The notes under the pieces were generated by a model that saw only the letters and a program-made list of their open reading frames with translations, was not told where the DNA came from and made no database searches. The translations under genes were made by a program, and so were the position numbers. Shown in pieces: positions 1 to 9,973 of a DNA stretch of 64,000 nucleotides. Numbering within the stretch: the first letter of the stretch is position 1; every line of letters begins with the position of its first letter. Source of the stretch: Bdellovibrio sp. (GTDB taxonomy: Bacteria; Bdellovibrionota; Bdellovibrionia; Bdellovibrionales; Bdellovibrionaceae). The stretch covers positions 896,001 through 960,000 of the forward strand of contig JAKFCY010000002.1 of the NCBI GenBank assembly GCA_036676395.1. The letters run 5' to 3'.

Positions 1-8
1 CCAGTAAA

Positions 9-968
9 TTGAACAATAAGTTAAATAAAAAAATTGGCTCTGGCTCGCGTACTAAAAGTAAGCAGATAAAAATTAAAGTCAAAGCGGGCGCACAAAAAAA
101 GAAATCTGCAAAAAAAGTGAAAGCCCAAGCCCATAAAGCTTCGAAAAAAATTCAAGATAAAGAGCTTATTGTTATCGATGAAACACAAGGTCTTATTTTT
201 GAAAATGACAAAACCCTTTTTGGTTATTTTTCTGAACAAATCAAAGCGATGGAAGAGCGTTACGCAAAACACTATGCGCCTTCGCGTGATTTTACTGAAT
301 CAGAGATCGATGCTAAAGAAAATTACCTTGAATCAACTTTAGATGATCCAGATGAAATCTGGATCGATGCTGAAACTTTTCCGGATGTTCCGTTATATGC
401 ATTAATTAAAACAGTTGATGATCCAACCGAACCTTTTATTTATGTTGCCGTCGTGTATTTAAACACCGAAGACAAATATCCTAGTTTTGTATTTATCCAC
501 TTTGCCACAAAAGACACTCAGTTAGCTGAAATGTTCCGAACCAAAGAAATCATCTATCACAGAAAACTTGAAGCCATTCAATTTGCTTCGATTGAAGGAG
601 ATTCTCTTTTAGAAGGCGATCACTTAGCCATCGGGCTTTTAGAATCGATGATGATTTTGCGCAATGAAAAAGATGTGCCGCCTGATCAATTTCAGGCTTT
701 TGCTGAACAGCGCGATGAGACGATTAATAGCCCCGATGAAATTTGGCGTAAAGTCGATTCTGAAGGCCACACCTTAGTGACATTTATTCGTGATATCTCT
801 GATTTTAAAGCCGACCATTTTTATATCGTGGTGACAGAAGAAGATCCCAATACCGAAGTGCACTCATTATTATTTTCGTTTCCGACAAATGATTCAACAT
901 TAGTTGATCGTTATCGTCAGGGCGAAAATTTAGAAGCTGAAGAAGTATCTCAGGAAAGTTCTCACTAA
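9..968 (+). CDS. Protein with Lys-rich N-terminus and two tandem PBECR2-like (RelE/barnase-fold) domains
   Basis: ORF 319 aa. Internal duplication 'STLDDPDEIW...FATKD' / 'ETINSPDEIW...FPTND'. The start (TTG) is uncertain near the window edge. Confidence 0.55.
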   Translation: MNNKLNKKIGSGSRTKSKQIKIKVKAGAQKKKSAKKVKAQAHKASKKIQDKELIVIDETQGLIFENDKTLFGYFSEQIKAMEERYAKHYAPSRDFTESEIDAKENYLESTLDDPDEIWIDAETFPDVPLYALIKTVDDPTEPFIYVAVVYLNTEDKYPSFVFIHFATKDTQLAEMFRTKEIIYHRKLEAIQFASIEGDSLLEGDHLAIGLLESMMILRNEKDVPPDQFQAFAEQRDETINSPDEIWRKVDSEGHTLVTFIRDISDFKADHFYIVVTEEDPNTEVHSLLFSFPTNDSTLVDRYRQGENLEAEEVSQESSH

Positions 969-970
969 AA

Positions 971-1015
971 GGGGGAAAACCCAACTGCGGGGGGACACAG
1001 TTGGGCTTTGGGGGA
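971..1015. repeat. Three GGGGGA motifs around an 8-bp hairpin between convergent genes
   Basis: GGGGGA at 971, 990 and 1010. Stem cccaactg (980-987) pairs with cagttggg (998-1005). Confidence 0.7.
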
Positions 1016-1047
1016 TTACTTTATTTTTCGTGAGCTATTAAGGACTC

Positions 1048-1737
1048 TTAGAAGCAAGTCGCTTGGTAGTAGCTTGTGTAGTTTGCTGATGTCCAACCAG
1101 TCACATCAGTTGTAGCTAATGGGTGTAAGTCTCTTAAAATTTGTGCTCTGGCAGAACCATCTGAGTTGTAAGCGTAATCTGCTGCAACACCTAAGAATTG
1201 TGGAATTAAAATATTTTGTTGAGCCACGATGCTTCCAGTTGAGCTGTACACTACAGCTTTTAATACTTGGTATTCACCAGCGGCGTCGTTCAGATCGATG
1301 TAATAACCTTGTGAAGTGGTTACTGTGCTTGCAGTAATAGATGATGCTGCAGCTTGATCAACAGTACCTGATGATAATACATAGCGAGTTGAGTTTAATT
1401 GTGTTGGCTCTAAGAAAGCTTGTGAGCCTGTAACTTTCCATTTAAAGAAACGAATGGTGTTACCAGCAGCAGTTGCTGCTGCTGATAAACGATTAAATTT
1501 AATTTTTACTAAGCTGTTATTAATTGTGCCTGATGAGTTTTTAACTGCAGAGATATTAACTGACATATCGGCGCCAACTGATTTTTGGCATGAAGTTACA
1601 ACTTTAGTTCCAGCATTTGTAACAGTAGATGATTGTACTGTTGTTGTTGTTGCTGATTGTGAAGACTTTGATGTTCCACAAGAGCTTAATGTTAAAAGTG
1701 CTGTTGCTGTTAAGAAGAGTGTAGTTGTTAATTTCAT
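1048..1737 (-). CDS. Ser/Thr-rich lipoprotein, hypothetical
   Basis: Lipobox LSSC after a hydrophobic signal peptide; GGGGGA RBS upstream. Confidence 0.75.
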   Translation of the reverse strand: MKLTTTLFLTATALLTLSSCGTSKSSQSATTTTVQSSTVTNAGTKVVTSCQKSVGADMSVNISAVKNSSGTINNSLVKIKFNRLSAAATAAGNTIRFFKWKVTGSQAFLEPTQLNSTRYVLSSGTVDQAAASSITASTVTTSQGYYIDLNDAAGEYQVLKAVVYSSTGSIVAQQNILIPQFLGVAADYAYNSDGSARAQILRDLHPLATTDVTGWTSANYTSYYQATCF

Positions 1738-1779
1738 ATATCCCCCGATATGTGTTTGTTAGTTGTTACAATGGTATAA

Positions 1780-1795
1780 AGCAACAGACGGGCCA
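1780..1795 (-). promoter_or_regulatory. Sigma54-type -24/-12 promoter for the lipoprotein gene
   Basis: Minus strand reads TGGCCCGTCTGTTGCT (GG-N10-GC). Confidence 0.6.
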
Positions 1796-1797
1796 TA

Positions 1798-1867
1798 TCT
1801 CATTCTGAGAGTGTTATTTTAAATAGTATAATTTTGATCTAAAAACGAAATTCTCACTCTGAGAATT
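1798..1867. promoter_or_regulatory. Two TCTCA-N3-TGAGA palindromes, putative transcription-factor sites
   Basis: tctca-ttc-tgaga at 1798-1810; aattctca-ctc-tgagaatt at 1849-1867. Confidence 0.55.
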
Positions 1868-1937
1868 GAAGTTTGAGTCGTATTGAAACACACGGTGATT
1901 TGCGGCACTAGCTGTCGACGATATTTACAACGGTGAT

Positions 1938-4262
1938 CTACAGCCCGAGCTCAACCCAAGTGATGCCATCGCCACCAGAGTCTTGGTTTCCGGCTTTCCA
2001 TTTTTTCACATACACCGAACGTGAAAGATAAGTGCGAATCGCTTTTTTAAGTGACTCTGTGCCGTGGCCATGAACGACTTTAAGACGATCTTCTTTTTGT
2101 ACCGAAGCTTTGTCTAAAGCGAATTCTAGTTCTGAAAGTGCTGTTTCTACAGTTTTACCGCGCAGGTCAACCACGCGGTCTTCATCGTGAAATGAAACCT
2201 GTGTGCTAGAACGTTGCACGAGTTGGTTTGTCGGATTTGCAAACTTGTGCGCCGGTTTTAGATCTTGCCAGTGCAATTGCAATCTGATCGATTGCGATAA
2301 AATCATCACTTCACCTTTTGAGTTCGGAAGTGATTGCACGATACCATCTTGATTTAATGAAGAAACAAATACTTTACTGCCTGGCGGAAATTTTTTTCCG
2401 AACTCTGCAGCAGTTTGTATGCTTTGTGTTGTAATGGTTTGATTGCCTTTTACGATTTCAGGCAAGTTGTATTTAATATCTTGCAGTTCGCGATGTTTAT
2501 TTAAAAGGGCTGCAGCTTTGGCTGTCGTGATAGCATCTTCGACTTTAGCAGAAGCTTTTTTTAAAGTTTTTTCTAATTCGTTTTCTTTTTGACGTTCAAA
2601 CTGTTGAATTTGTGATTCAAGTGATAGGCGTTTTTTCTCAACGTCTTTAAGTTCTTTTTTTAATTTATCCTGAAGATTGCCGATGTCTCTTTTTAAATTT
2701 TCAATTTCTTCAAGCTGCGATAATTTTTTTTGCGCCAGTGGCGATAAATTATCCGTAGCTTTAGCAATAATAGCTGGGTCAACACCAACACGTTTTGCAG
2801 TGAGTAACGCTAACGAATCACCCGGAATTCCAGGCAAGAAATGATACGTAGGTTTTCCGCTGCGTGAATCGTATTCTAAGCTTCCGTTAATAACGACATC
2901 TTCTGGTTTCCAGCCAGTTTTAAGCGGGCTTAAATGCGAAGTGATAATCGCAAAAACGCCATTGTCTGCGTAAGCTTCAATGAATGAACGTGCTAAGGCG
3001 CTGCCTTCTTCAGGGTCAGTAGAGCCGCAGATCTCATCGACTAAAATTAAATTTTCTGTGCCTTTAAGTTTCAGGGCTTGGTCTAAAGTTTTTAAGTGAG
3101 CTGCAAAAGTACTAAGATCTTCATCCACACTTTGCGAATCGCCAATGCCCGTACAAATATCTTTAAAGAAAGGTAAACTTGAGGCGCGATCAGCACAGAT
3201 CGGTAACCCACAACGAGCCATTTGGGCGGCTAAGCCGATGGATTTAAGCAGAACAGTCTTACCGCCGGCATTCGGGCCAGATAACATCAAAATTGATTTT
3301 TCAGGAGTCAGAGTTACGCTGTTGGCAATAACTGGTCTGCCGGTCATTTTTAAAAGCGGGTGAAACAGATCGCGCAGATCAACTTTGTCATTACTGAATT
3401 TACAAGGTCTTGCGCCTAGCTGAATTGTTAATTGAGCTTTGGCTAGTAAGACATCAGCTAATAACATTTCTTTTTCAGTTTTTTCAAAGCCGACTTTTTG
3501 TGTAGCTAAATAATTTGAAATCTCGACTAATAATCTTTCGATTTCTTCATCAATTTCAACTTCAACATGACGAAGACGGTTATTGATCGGAATAATCGCT
3601 TCAGGTTCGATGTAAACAGTTTGTTTGGACTGCGATGAAGCATGAATCACGCCCGGAACAAAGTGCTGCATGCCACCTTTAACCGGAATAACCCAACGGC
3701 CTTCACGGGTCGTAACAAATCGTTCTTGCAACATGTGTTCGATATCGTGATCTTTAACCAAACGATCCATTTGGTTTTGAATCTGGCGGCTTAGAGAATC
3801 TTTTTCTTTAGATAAGCTGTATAATTTTTCAGAAGCATCCATGCGGATATCGCATGAGGGTGTGATCAAATTATCAATCGCAGACAATGGTTCTTCAGCG
3901 TTCATTAATTTTTCGTGAAGATCTAAAGCCCAAGCTGTCGATTGTTCTTTTAAAGCTTCTTTAAGAGCAATCACTTCTAGGCAAAAATGTCTGACGTCTT
4001 TTAATTCTAAAGGTTTTAAGACGGCACTTTTGCGAACACGGGTAATCCATGTGGCAAAAAGGTCTAAACTTTCCATATGTGGTCTTATGCCACCGGCTAA
4101 AATGCCTAAAGCACTTTCGATTTCGTAGAAACTTTTTTCAGCAGCTTCGGAAGACACTAAAGGCTGAATGCCTTCGACAATAGTTTTGCCTTGGTCAGAC
4201 GTCGCGTAGGCTGCGGTCTTTTCTAAAATTTCAGACCAATCAAGATTTTTTATTGCGAGCAC
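1938..4262 (-). CDS. mutS2: Endonuclease MutS2
   Basis: Walker A GPNAGGKT, DEICGSTDPEEG motif, C-terminal Smr domain (DLRG...VHGHGT). Likely GTG start at 4262 with a GAGGGGG RBS. Confidence 0.93.
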   Translation of the reverse strand: MLAIKNLDWSEILEKTAAYATSDQGKTIVEGIQPLVSSEAAEKSFYEIESALGILAGGIRPHMESLDLFATWITRVRKSAVLKPLELKDVRHFCLEVIALKEALKEQSTAWALDLHEKLMNAEEPLSAIDNLITPSCDIRMDASEKLYSLSKEKDSLSRQIQNQMDRLVKDHDIEHMLQERFVTTREGRWVIPVKGGMQHFVPGVIHASSQSKQTVYIEPEAIIPINNRLRHVEVEIDEEIERLLVEISNYLATQKVGFEKTEKEMLLADVLLAKAQLTIQLGARPCKFSNDKVDLRDLFHPLLKMTGRPVIANSVTLTPEKSILMLSGPNAGGKTVLLKSIGLAAQMARCGLPICADRASSLPFFKDICTGIGDSQSVDEDLSTFAAHLKTLDQALKLKGTENLILVDEICGSTDPEEGSALARSFIEAYADNGVFAIITSHLSPLKTGWKPEDVVINGSLEYDSRSGKPTYHFLPGIPGDSLALLTAKRVGVDPAIIAKATDNLSPLAQKKLSQLEEIENLKRDIGNLQDKLKKELKDVEKKRLSLESQIQQFERQKENELEKTLKKASAKVEDAITTAKAAALLNKHRELQDIKYNLPEIVKGNQTITTQSIQTAAEFGKKFPPGSKVFVSSLNQDGIVQSLPNSKGEVMILSQSIRLQLHWQDLKPAHKFANPTNQLVQRSSTQVSFHDEDRVVDLRGKTVETALSELEFALDKASVQKEDRLKVVHGHGTESLKKAIRTYLSRSVYVKKWKAGNQDSGGDGITWVELGL

Positions 4263-5874
4263 GATGCCCCCTCTCAAGAATTGAAAGCAAAATCAGAACC
4301 CATAATGCCCAATCCCAATATCCATATTTGCTGTAGAAAGTTAATTTCGGATTTTTAGTGTACGGCACAGTGTAAGTGTGCGCCCATTTTTTATAAACTG
4401 GAGACTGTTCTAAAATTTCTCCGTTGGCTAAAATAATGGTGCTAATGCCGGTATTTGTTGATCTGATCAGAGGCCGGCGATTTTCTAAACCGCGCGCTAA
4501 AGTCATGATCATGTGCTGGTAAGGTTCAGCCCAATCGCCAAACCATGAGTCGTTTGTTAAATTAAAAAATATTTCTGCACCGATTTTTGATAAGCCGCGC
4601 GAGAATCCTGGGTTTAAAGATTCATAACAAATTTGCGGACCCAAAGTTAATTCTTGGTTTGCCAGTGGGATGGCTTTTTGCACTGGGCCTGGTCCGCGTT
4701 CGTAAACTCCGACAAACGGAAAAAGTTTATATAAAAACGGAGCCTCTTGGCCAAATGGCATGTACTCGCCAAAAACTAACAGATCAGTTTTGTAGTAAGG
4801 TGCTGCCACTTCACCATCGGGGTTTATGAAAAACACTGAATTGCGAATGATCAGATTTCCCATATGGTCGCGTTTGTAAGTGTCTTGTGAATAGGCGCCA
4901 GTGACTAATGTTTTTTGCCAGGTTTTTACTTTTGCTAAAATACTCTGTTGGCTGGGTTTGTAGTGATAAACTTTGTCTAAGGCCACAGGTAAAGCGGTTT
5001 CTGGCCAGATGATCAAATCGGTTTCGTTATTCACGCGCGCTAGTTCTTGTTCAGTGGCATCGAAGTATGAATTAAAAACAAACGGTTGGTAGTCATAACC
5101 TTTTTCAGCCTGCAGTTTTTCTTCGTTAGAAATATTGGCCTGAACGATGGTAACTTTAACGTGGCTATCGGTTTTGCTGAACTCTTGTTTTTTGTTTTGG
5201 CCAATGAGAGCAAGACCGATCACGCAAGTAAAAGTCGCAGCAAGAACTGATAGCGCTTTTACCTTGTGGGTTTTAAACGTCATTGCGGCATATAGAAGCA
5301 TCGCCTGAAAAATAAAAATCAATGCTGAGATTCCCCAAAAGCCGATAGTGTCAGCCCATTGTGCTAGGGGGGATTTGATCCATAAAAGGGTGTAACCTAA
5401 ATTCCATTCGAAAATGCTCGGCCAAGTGCGCTCTAGCAGAATATGAACTAAGGCGATCGTAAAAATAAAAGCTGTCGTTTGTAGATTGAATTTTCGTTTA
5501 AGGTAAGTGGCGGCAACTAACGAAAATGGAATGTAGAGGTGAATAAATGAGGCAAATAGCACCAAGGCAGCAAGACTCAGGGGAGCATTGAGATGCCCAA
5601 ATTCACGTGCGGTAAAGTAGATCCAGTTGAAGCCCAAAAGGGTTAATGTAAATTGCGAAAGCCAGCCTAAAAAGAAAATATATTTATAGTTTTTACTCTG
5701 TGAAGCTGCCAAAACCGCCCACCAAAGTGGGAGGTAGCAAAAGCCAATTGCCCATGGCGGATAGGGAATGTAAGAAGTTCCAATCAGTACGCCGCTAAGC
5801 AAAGCTAAAAAGCTTAAAAAAATAATGCTTGGATTATTATAATTCCTCTTGAAAACTTCGCTGATTTTAGTCAT
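4240..5874 (-). CDS. lnt: Apolipoprotein N-acyltransferase
   Basis: Multiple TM segments; WPETA, K..L..FGEYMP, ICYE and NLTNDSWFG motifs. Start is 5874 or 5892. Confidence 0.93.
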   Translation of the reverse strand: MTKISEVFKRNYNNPSIIFLSFLALLSGVLIGTSYIPYPPWAIGFCYLPLWWAVLAASQSKNYKYIFFLGWLSQFTLTLLGFNWIYFTAREFGHLNAPLSLAALVLFASFIHLYIPFSLVAATYLKRKFNLQTTAFIFTIALVHILLERTWPSIFEWNLGYTLLWIKSPLAQWADTIGFWGISALIFIFQAMLLYAAMTFKTHKVKALSVLAATFTCVIGLALIGQNKKQEFSKTDSHVKVTIVQANISNEEKLQAEKGYDYQPFVFNSYFDATEQELARVNNETDLIIWPETALPVALDKVYHYKPSQQSILAKVKTWQKTLVTGAYSQDTYKRDHMGNLIIRNSVFFINPDGEVAAPYYKTDLLVFGEYMPFGQEAPFLYKLFPFVGVYERGPGPVQKAIPLANQELTLGPQICYESLNPGFSRGLSKIGAEIFFNLTNDSWFGDWAEPYQHMIMTLARGLENRRPLIRSTNTGISTIILANGEILEQSPVYKKWAHTYTVPYTKNPKLTFYSKYGYWDWALWVLILLSILERGHRARNKKS

Positions 5875-5892
5875 CCTTATAACAGGTAGCAT

Positions 5893-6642
5893 ATGAATGT
5901 AGAATTAGCAGCTGAAATTCGATTCCGTTGTCCTCACTGTCAAAAGTTATTTTGCACAGATCAGACAGCCTTTGAAGGCTTGACAGCTCACGCCCATGGC
6001 GCTGACTTTCAATGCACAGACTGCCAAAAAGATTTCATTTTAAGCCGTGAAGTTTTAAGCTCTGGTCTTTACGAAACCTCAGAACTTCGTAAAACTCAAT
6101 TTGCAAATTGCCCGAAGTGTTCAGGGCTAAAACCCATAGGCCAAGATGAATGCCCAAATTGCGGTGTGCTTGAATCAAAGTTCACTGAAATCCAAAAAGT
6201 TGAAAACCCACGTTTGTTTCAACTGAACAAAGCTTGGCAAGTTATTCTGAAAGACATTACTTCAGATCAGTCGCACCAGTACTTTTTAGATCAGGCCCAA
6301 AAACAATCAGCACTTAATTTTGCAGCCCAAAAATACACTGATCTTAAAAAAATCATGGGTGAAGATCCCTTGATCGAAAAGTATTTAAAACAAATTGAAC
6401 ACCGCTTAGATGCGCATGTTAAATCACAGTTCAACCAATCACGTGGTGAAAACCCCGAAGCGCAGCAGTCATTACTTGCAAGTGGCCGCTTGTTTATCTT
6501 TGTCGCTTTGTTTGGAACTTTTATTTTGATTCTCAATAAGATTAAGCCACTATTTCCGAATTTGACGGGCTTGGTAGTGGCTGTGACAGTTCTATCTTAC
6601 GGGCTGTGGTTTTTAACTCGTCCCACAGTCAAAAAGAATTAA
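5893..6642 (+). CDS. Zinc-ribbon membrane protein
   Basis: Four CxxC pairs and two C-terminal TM helices. Confidence 0.6.
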   Translation: MNVELAAEIRFRCPHCQKLFCTDQTAFEGLTAHAHGADFQCTDCQKDFILSREVLSSGLYETSELRKTQFANCPKCSGLKPIGQDECPNCGVLESKFTEIQKVENPRLFQLNKAWQVILKDITSDQSHQYFLDQAQKQSALNFAAQKYTDLKKIMGEDPLIEKYLKQIEHRLDAHVKSQFNQSRGENPEAQQSLLASGRLFIFVALFGTFILILNKIKPLFPNLTGLVVAVTVLSYGLWFLTRPTVKKN

Positions 6643-6652
6643 TTGCGAACGG

Positions 6653-8065
6653 CTAGTTTTCGTTAGTTTCGGTTTTTGTACCTAAACGTTCAGGTGCTTT
6701 GATGATAGCTTTCTTAGCTGGCTTTTGCCCCATGGCTTTTAAGATATCATTACCAAAAGCAGCCATTTGATCGACTTGCTTGCGATTACCCACATTTGGA
6801 TCAACGCCTGCGGCTTTACCCGAAGAAAAAAAGCTGCGATCCATAGTATCTAAAAATTTAGTTCCGGCAAATCCAGTGCTTTTTTCTAAAATCGTTAACG
6901 ACTTAAATAAATTTAACTGGCGAGCCGTACGCGTCTTATTAGCTAAGGATAGCGAAGAATCGCCTGTAGCTAAGATAAATCTTTTTACATCATCGGCTTG
7001 GCCGTAAAGTTCTTTATCGGCGATAACTAAAACGGCCGCACCGGTCACAAAGGCCGTGGCTTGTGAAGTACCAGTCATTAAACCGTAAGAGTTATTCGGT
7101 AAGCATGATAAAATCGTTTGCCCCGGTGCTGCGATATCCACAGTCTCTGTGCCATAATTTGAAGAGGATAAAACTTCGGTTGTTGGATCAATCGCCGTGA
7201 CTGAAATAATATTTTTTAATTTGTAATCAGCCGGGTAGTAGTGATGTTCATCAGAATTTGAACGTTCATTGCCGGCAGCAGCGACAAACAGAATTCCTTG
7301 TTTTTCAGCGGCAGCCACAGCGTCGTGTTCTTCCTGAGAAAACTCAGTGCCACCACCTGAATAATTGATGACATGCGCACCCATTTTAACAGCGTAGTTG
7401 ATCGATTGAATTGTATTTTTTAAATTGTCTGTATTTGGAACTTTCGGATCGTAATATTTTAAAATCATTAAACTTACATCGGGTGAAATGCCGCTAATAC
7501 CTTTACGGTTTCCAGCTTCTGCGCCGATGATGCCGGCAATATGAGTGCCGTGCCCATGGTTATCATCAAGTTTTGCATTCTGTGATACAAAGTTCCAACC
7601 ATAAATGTCATCGGCAAAACCATTGCCATCATCATCAATCCCATTTGAGGCTTTATTGCGGCCTTTGGCATCAAGACCAGTTTCGCCTGGGTTTTTCCAA
7701 AGATTATTTTTTAAGTCTTCATGATGAATATCAATGCCGGTATCAATGACCGCCACGATCACTTTTTTGCTGCCTCGGGTGATTGACCACGCGCGGGCAG
7801 CATCAGATTTTTTTAAACCCCAAGCTTGTTTAATCGCCGGATCATTGAATAAAGCAGAAGGCTCGTTTGGAACTGTCGTTGACGAGTCGACAACGGTTCC
7901 AAGTTCTAATGTTCTATTATCAACTTTTTTAATTTTTGCTTTTTGTGATTGCGCTGTACGTTCAGGAGACAGGTCACGATTTTTCTTGTATAACAAGAAT
8001 CCGCCCATTGAAAAACAGAACACAGCAAAAGTACCAATAACAGCATTTAGAAGTTTATTATTCAT
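6653..8065 (-). CDS. S8 (subtilisin-like) serine protease, N-terminally anchored or secreted
   Basis: VAVIDTG, HGTHIAG and GTSQAT catalytic motifs; AAAGN. Confidence 0.93.
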   Translation of the reverse strand: MNNKLLNAVIGTFAVFCFSMGGFLLYKKNRDLSPERTAQSQKAKIKKVDNRTLELGTVVDSSTTVPNEPSALFNDPAIKQAWGLKKSDAARAWSITRGSKKVIVAVIDTGIDIHHEDLKNNLWKNPGETGLDAKGRNKASNGIDDDGNGFADDIYGWNFVSQNAKLDDNHGHGTHIAGIIGAEAGNRKGISGISPDVSLMILKYYDPKVPNTDNLKNTIQSINYAVKMGAHVINYSGGGTEFSQEEHDAVAAAEKQGILFVAAAGNERSNSDEHHYYPADYKLKNIISVTAIDPTTEVLSSSNYGTETVDIAAPGQTILSCLPNNSYGLMTGTSQATAFVTGAAVLVIADKELYGQADDVKRFILATGDSSLSLANKTRTARQLNLFKSLTILEKSTGFAGTKFLDTMDRSFFSSGKAAGVDPNVGNRKQVDQMAAFGNDILKAMGQKPAKKAIIKAPERLGTKTETNEN

Positions 8066-8072
8066 AATGTGT

Positions 8073-8100
8073 TTATCGGTACTTTAAGACGCAAATCTTA
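8073..8100 (-). promoter_or_regulatory. Sigma28 (FliA)-like promoter, near-leaderless
   Basis: Minus strand TAAG-N16-ACCGATAA, then 7 nt to the ATG. Confidence 0.45.
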
Positions 8101-8114
8101 AGACTTAAGATGGC

Positions 8115-9962
8115 TTATTTTGATACAGTTGGGGCATTCATCACAAGATCAGTATTCTTGATAAAATTCTCTGGAAAACCAAATTCTTTACTTGGGTTCT
8201 CTAGACGATCATAAAAAAGAAGATTACGGGCGATGATTTTTACATAAAGTCTAGTTTCGTCATAAGGAATCTCTTCGATGAAATCAACAATATCGAATTT
8301 AGGGCGAAAACGGGTTTTTAACCAACGCGATACAGCCCCGGGTCCAGCATTGTACGCGGCAGCGACAAGGGCGTATTGGTCTTTTTGCTTTTTAACTTGC
8401 GCCGATAATTCATAACTGCCGATTTTAATATTGATTTGCGGATTAAATAAATCTTCAGCTTTTTTATATTCGACTTTGTGTTTGCGGGCTAATTGTTTGG
8501 CTAATGGTGGAATCACCTGCATCAGGCCATAAGCATTGGCGGGGCTGCGTGAATTCATATTAAACGCAGACTCTTGGCGCATGATCGAAAATATTAAACT
8601 TGAAGGCAAGCCTGTTACCGAGGCCATTTCTTTAACTTCAGTTTGGTATAATCTTGGAAACAAAAGATCATATTTTTGCACTAGAATATCTTGTTTTTGT
8701 TCGATTGGAAGTTTAGAAAATGCGATGAATAAGGGTAAAAAACGTTGCCCGCGGTGAGCCAACTCTAATCCCAGTACAGTTAATTGTTCTGGGTTGTCAG
8801 TTAACGCTAAAGTCGTGCGCTCGGCTAAATCAACTTCGTCATGCTGTAATAATGCATTAAATAAATCTTTTTGTTTTGGTGTTAGAAAAGATAACGATTT
8901 ATCAAAATTAAATTTTTCAGTGGCCTTTAGTGAATTAAAAGCCGGAACTTTTTGTCCGAGTTCATCGTAAGCTAAAAGCGAATAATAACTGTAAAAGTCT
9001 TCTTGGGTCATTTGTGTCCAGATTTTCACAGCATCATCTTTTTTATCGATACGAACAAGGCTGCGCGCCAGAAAAAAATTAGCGCGTGATTTTTCAGCCA
9101 CATCCATTGTTTCAGTGACTAAAACTTTAAATGCTTCAGAAGCTTGTGCCCACTGTTCGTCTTTGTAAAGAACCCAAGCTTTTGTCCACAATAGTTTTTC
9201 ACGGGTTAGAAGTGCATTTTTCGAAGGCCCTTTTTTGAGGTCTTCTAAAACACTATCATAAAGGGCTAATGCATCTTTAAATTTTTCTTCATCTTCTTTA
9301 ACTTTGCCAAGCAAATATGAAATGTCAGATAGATTTTGCTGTTCGATTTTTTTAAAGGCTGTGATAGTTGCATTTAATAGGCTATCAGCTTTTTTAAATT
9401 CGTTATCTGAATAATAAATGCGGCCTAAATTCACCGAAGCTTCTAAATACAGGTCTTGATGTTTAATGTTTTTAGAATCTTTTTTAAATGTTTTTAAAGA
9501 TAGAACGTGAAAATCTTTAAGAACCTTAAGGGCGTCAGTCTTTTTGTTATTGTTGCGGTATTTAATGCGCAACTGTTTTAACAAAGCCATTTTTTCGATG
9601 GGCTTTTTTTCTTTGCTGATTTGTTTACGTAAACTAGCAATAGATTCGGTTTCAGCCATGGCCACCTGAGCCGTAGCTGAAACAGGTGTTGGCAATAATA
9701 AAATATTAGCTTCAGCTATTTCTTGGATAAAGATTCGCCGTTCAAAATCAGTTACAGATTTCATATCATAATTAAAGCCGGGGCATTTTTTAATACCGCG
9801 AATTCCGGCTAAAGAACTTAAGGCAAAGTTTTTGTCTTGTGAAGCTTTAGTCAGTTGTTCGCAAGACATGTCTTTAATTTTTGTATAGCCCAAAAGCTGC
9901 GCATGAGAGCAGGCAAAAAAGAAGGGTATTACAAAACAGAACTTTTTTAAAATTGAAATCAT
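8115..9962 (-). CDS. slt: Soluble lytic murein transglycosylase with TPR-like region
   Basis: IMRQESAF, GLMQ, AAYNAGPG and IPYDETRLYVK motifs; signal peptide. Confidence 0.9.
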   Translation of the reverse strand: MISILKKFCFVIPFFFACSHAQLLGYTKIKDMSCEQLTKASQDKNFALSSLAGIRGIKKCPGFNYDMKSVTDFERRIFIQEIAEANILLLPTPVSATAQVAMAETESIASLRKQISKEKKPIEKMALLKQLRIKYRNNNKKTDALKVLKDFHVLSLKTFKKDSKNIKHQDLYLEASVNLGRIYYSDNEFKKADSLLNATITAFKKIEQQNLSDISYLLGKVKEDEEKFKDALALYDSVLEDLKKGPSKNALLTREKLLWTKAWVLYKDEQWAQASEAFKVLVTETMDVAEKSRANFFLARSLVRIDKKDDAVKIWTQMTQEDFYSYYSLLAYDELGQKVPAFNSLKATEKFNFDKSLSFLTPKQKDLFNALLQHDEVDLAERTTLALTDNPEQLTVLGLELAHRGQRFLPLFIAFSKLPIEQKQDILVQKYDLLFPRLYQTEVKEMASVTGLPSSLIFSIMRQESAFNMNSRSPANAYGLMQVIPPLAKQLARKHKVEYKKAEDLFNPQINIKIGSYELSAQVKKQKDQYALVAAAYNAGPGAVSRWLKTRFRPKFDIVDFIEEIPYDETRLYVKIIARNLLFYDRLENPSKEFGFPENFIKNTDLVMNAPTVSK

Positions 9963-9973
9963 TGTGGTGTATC

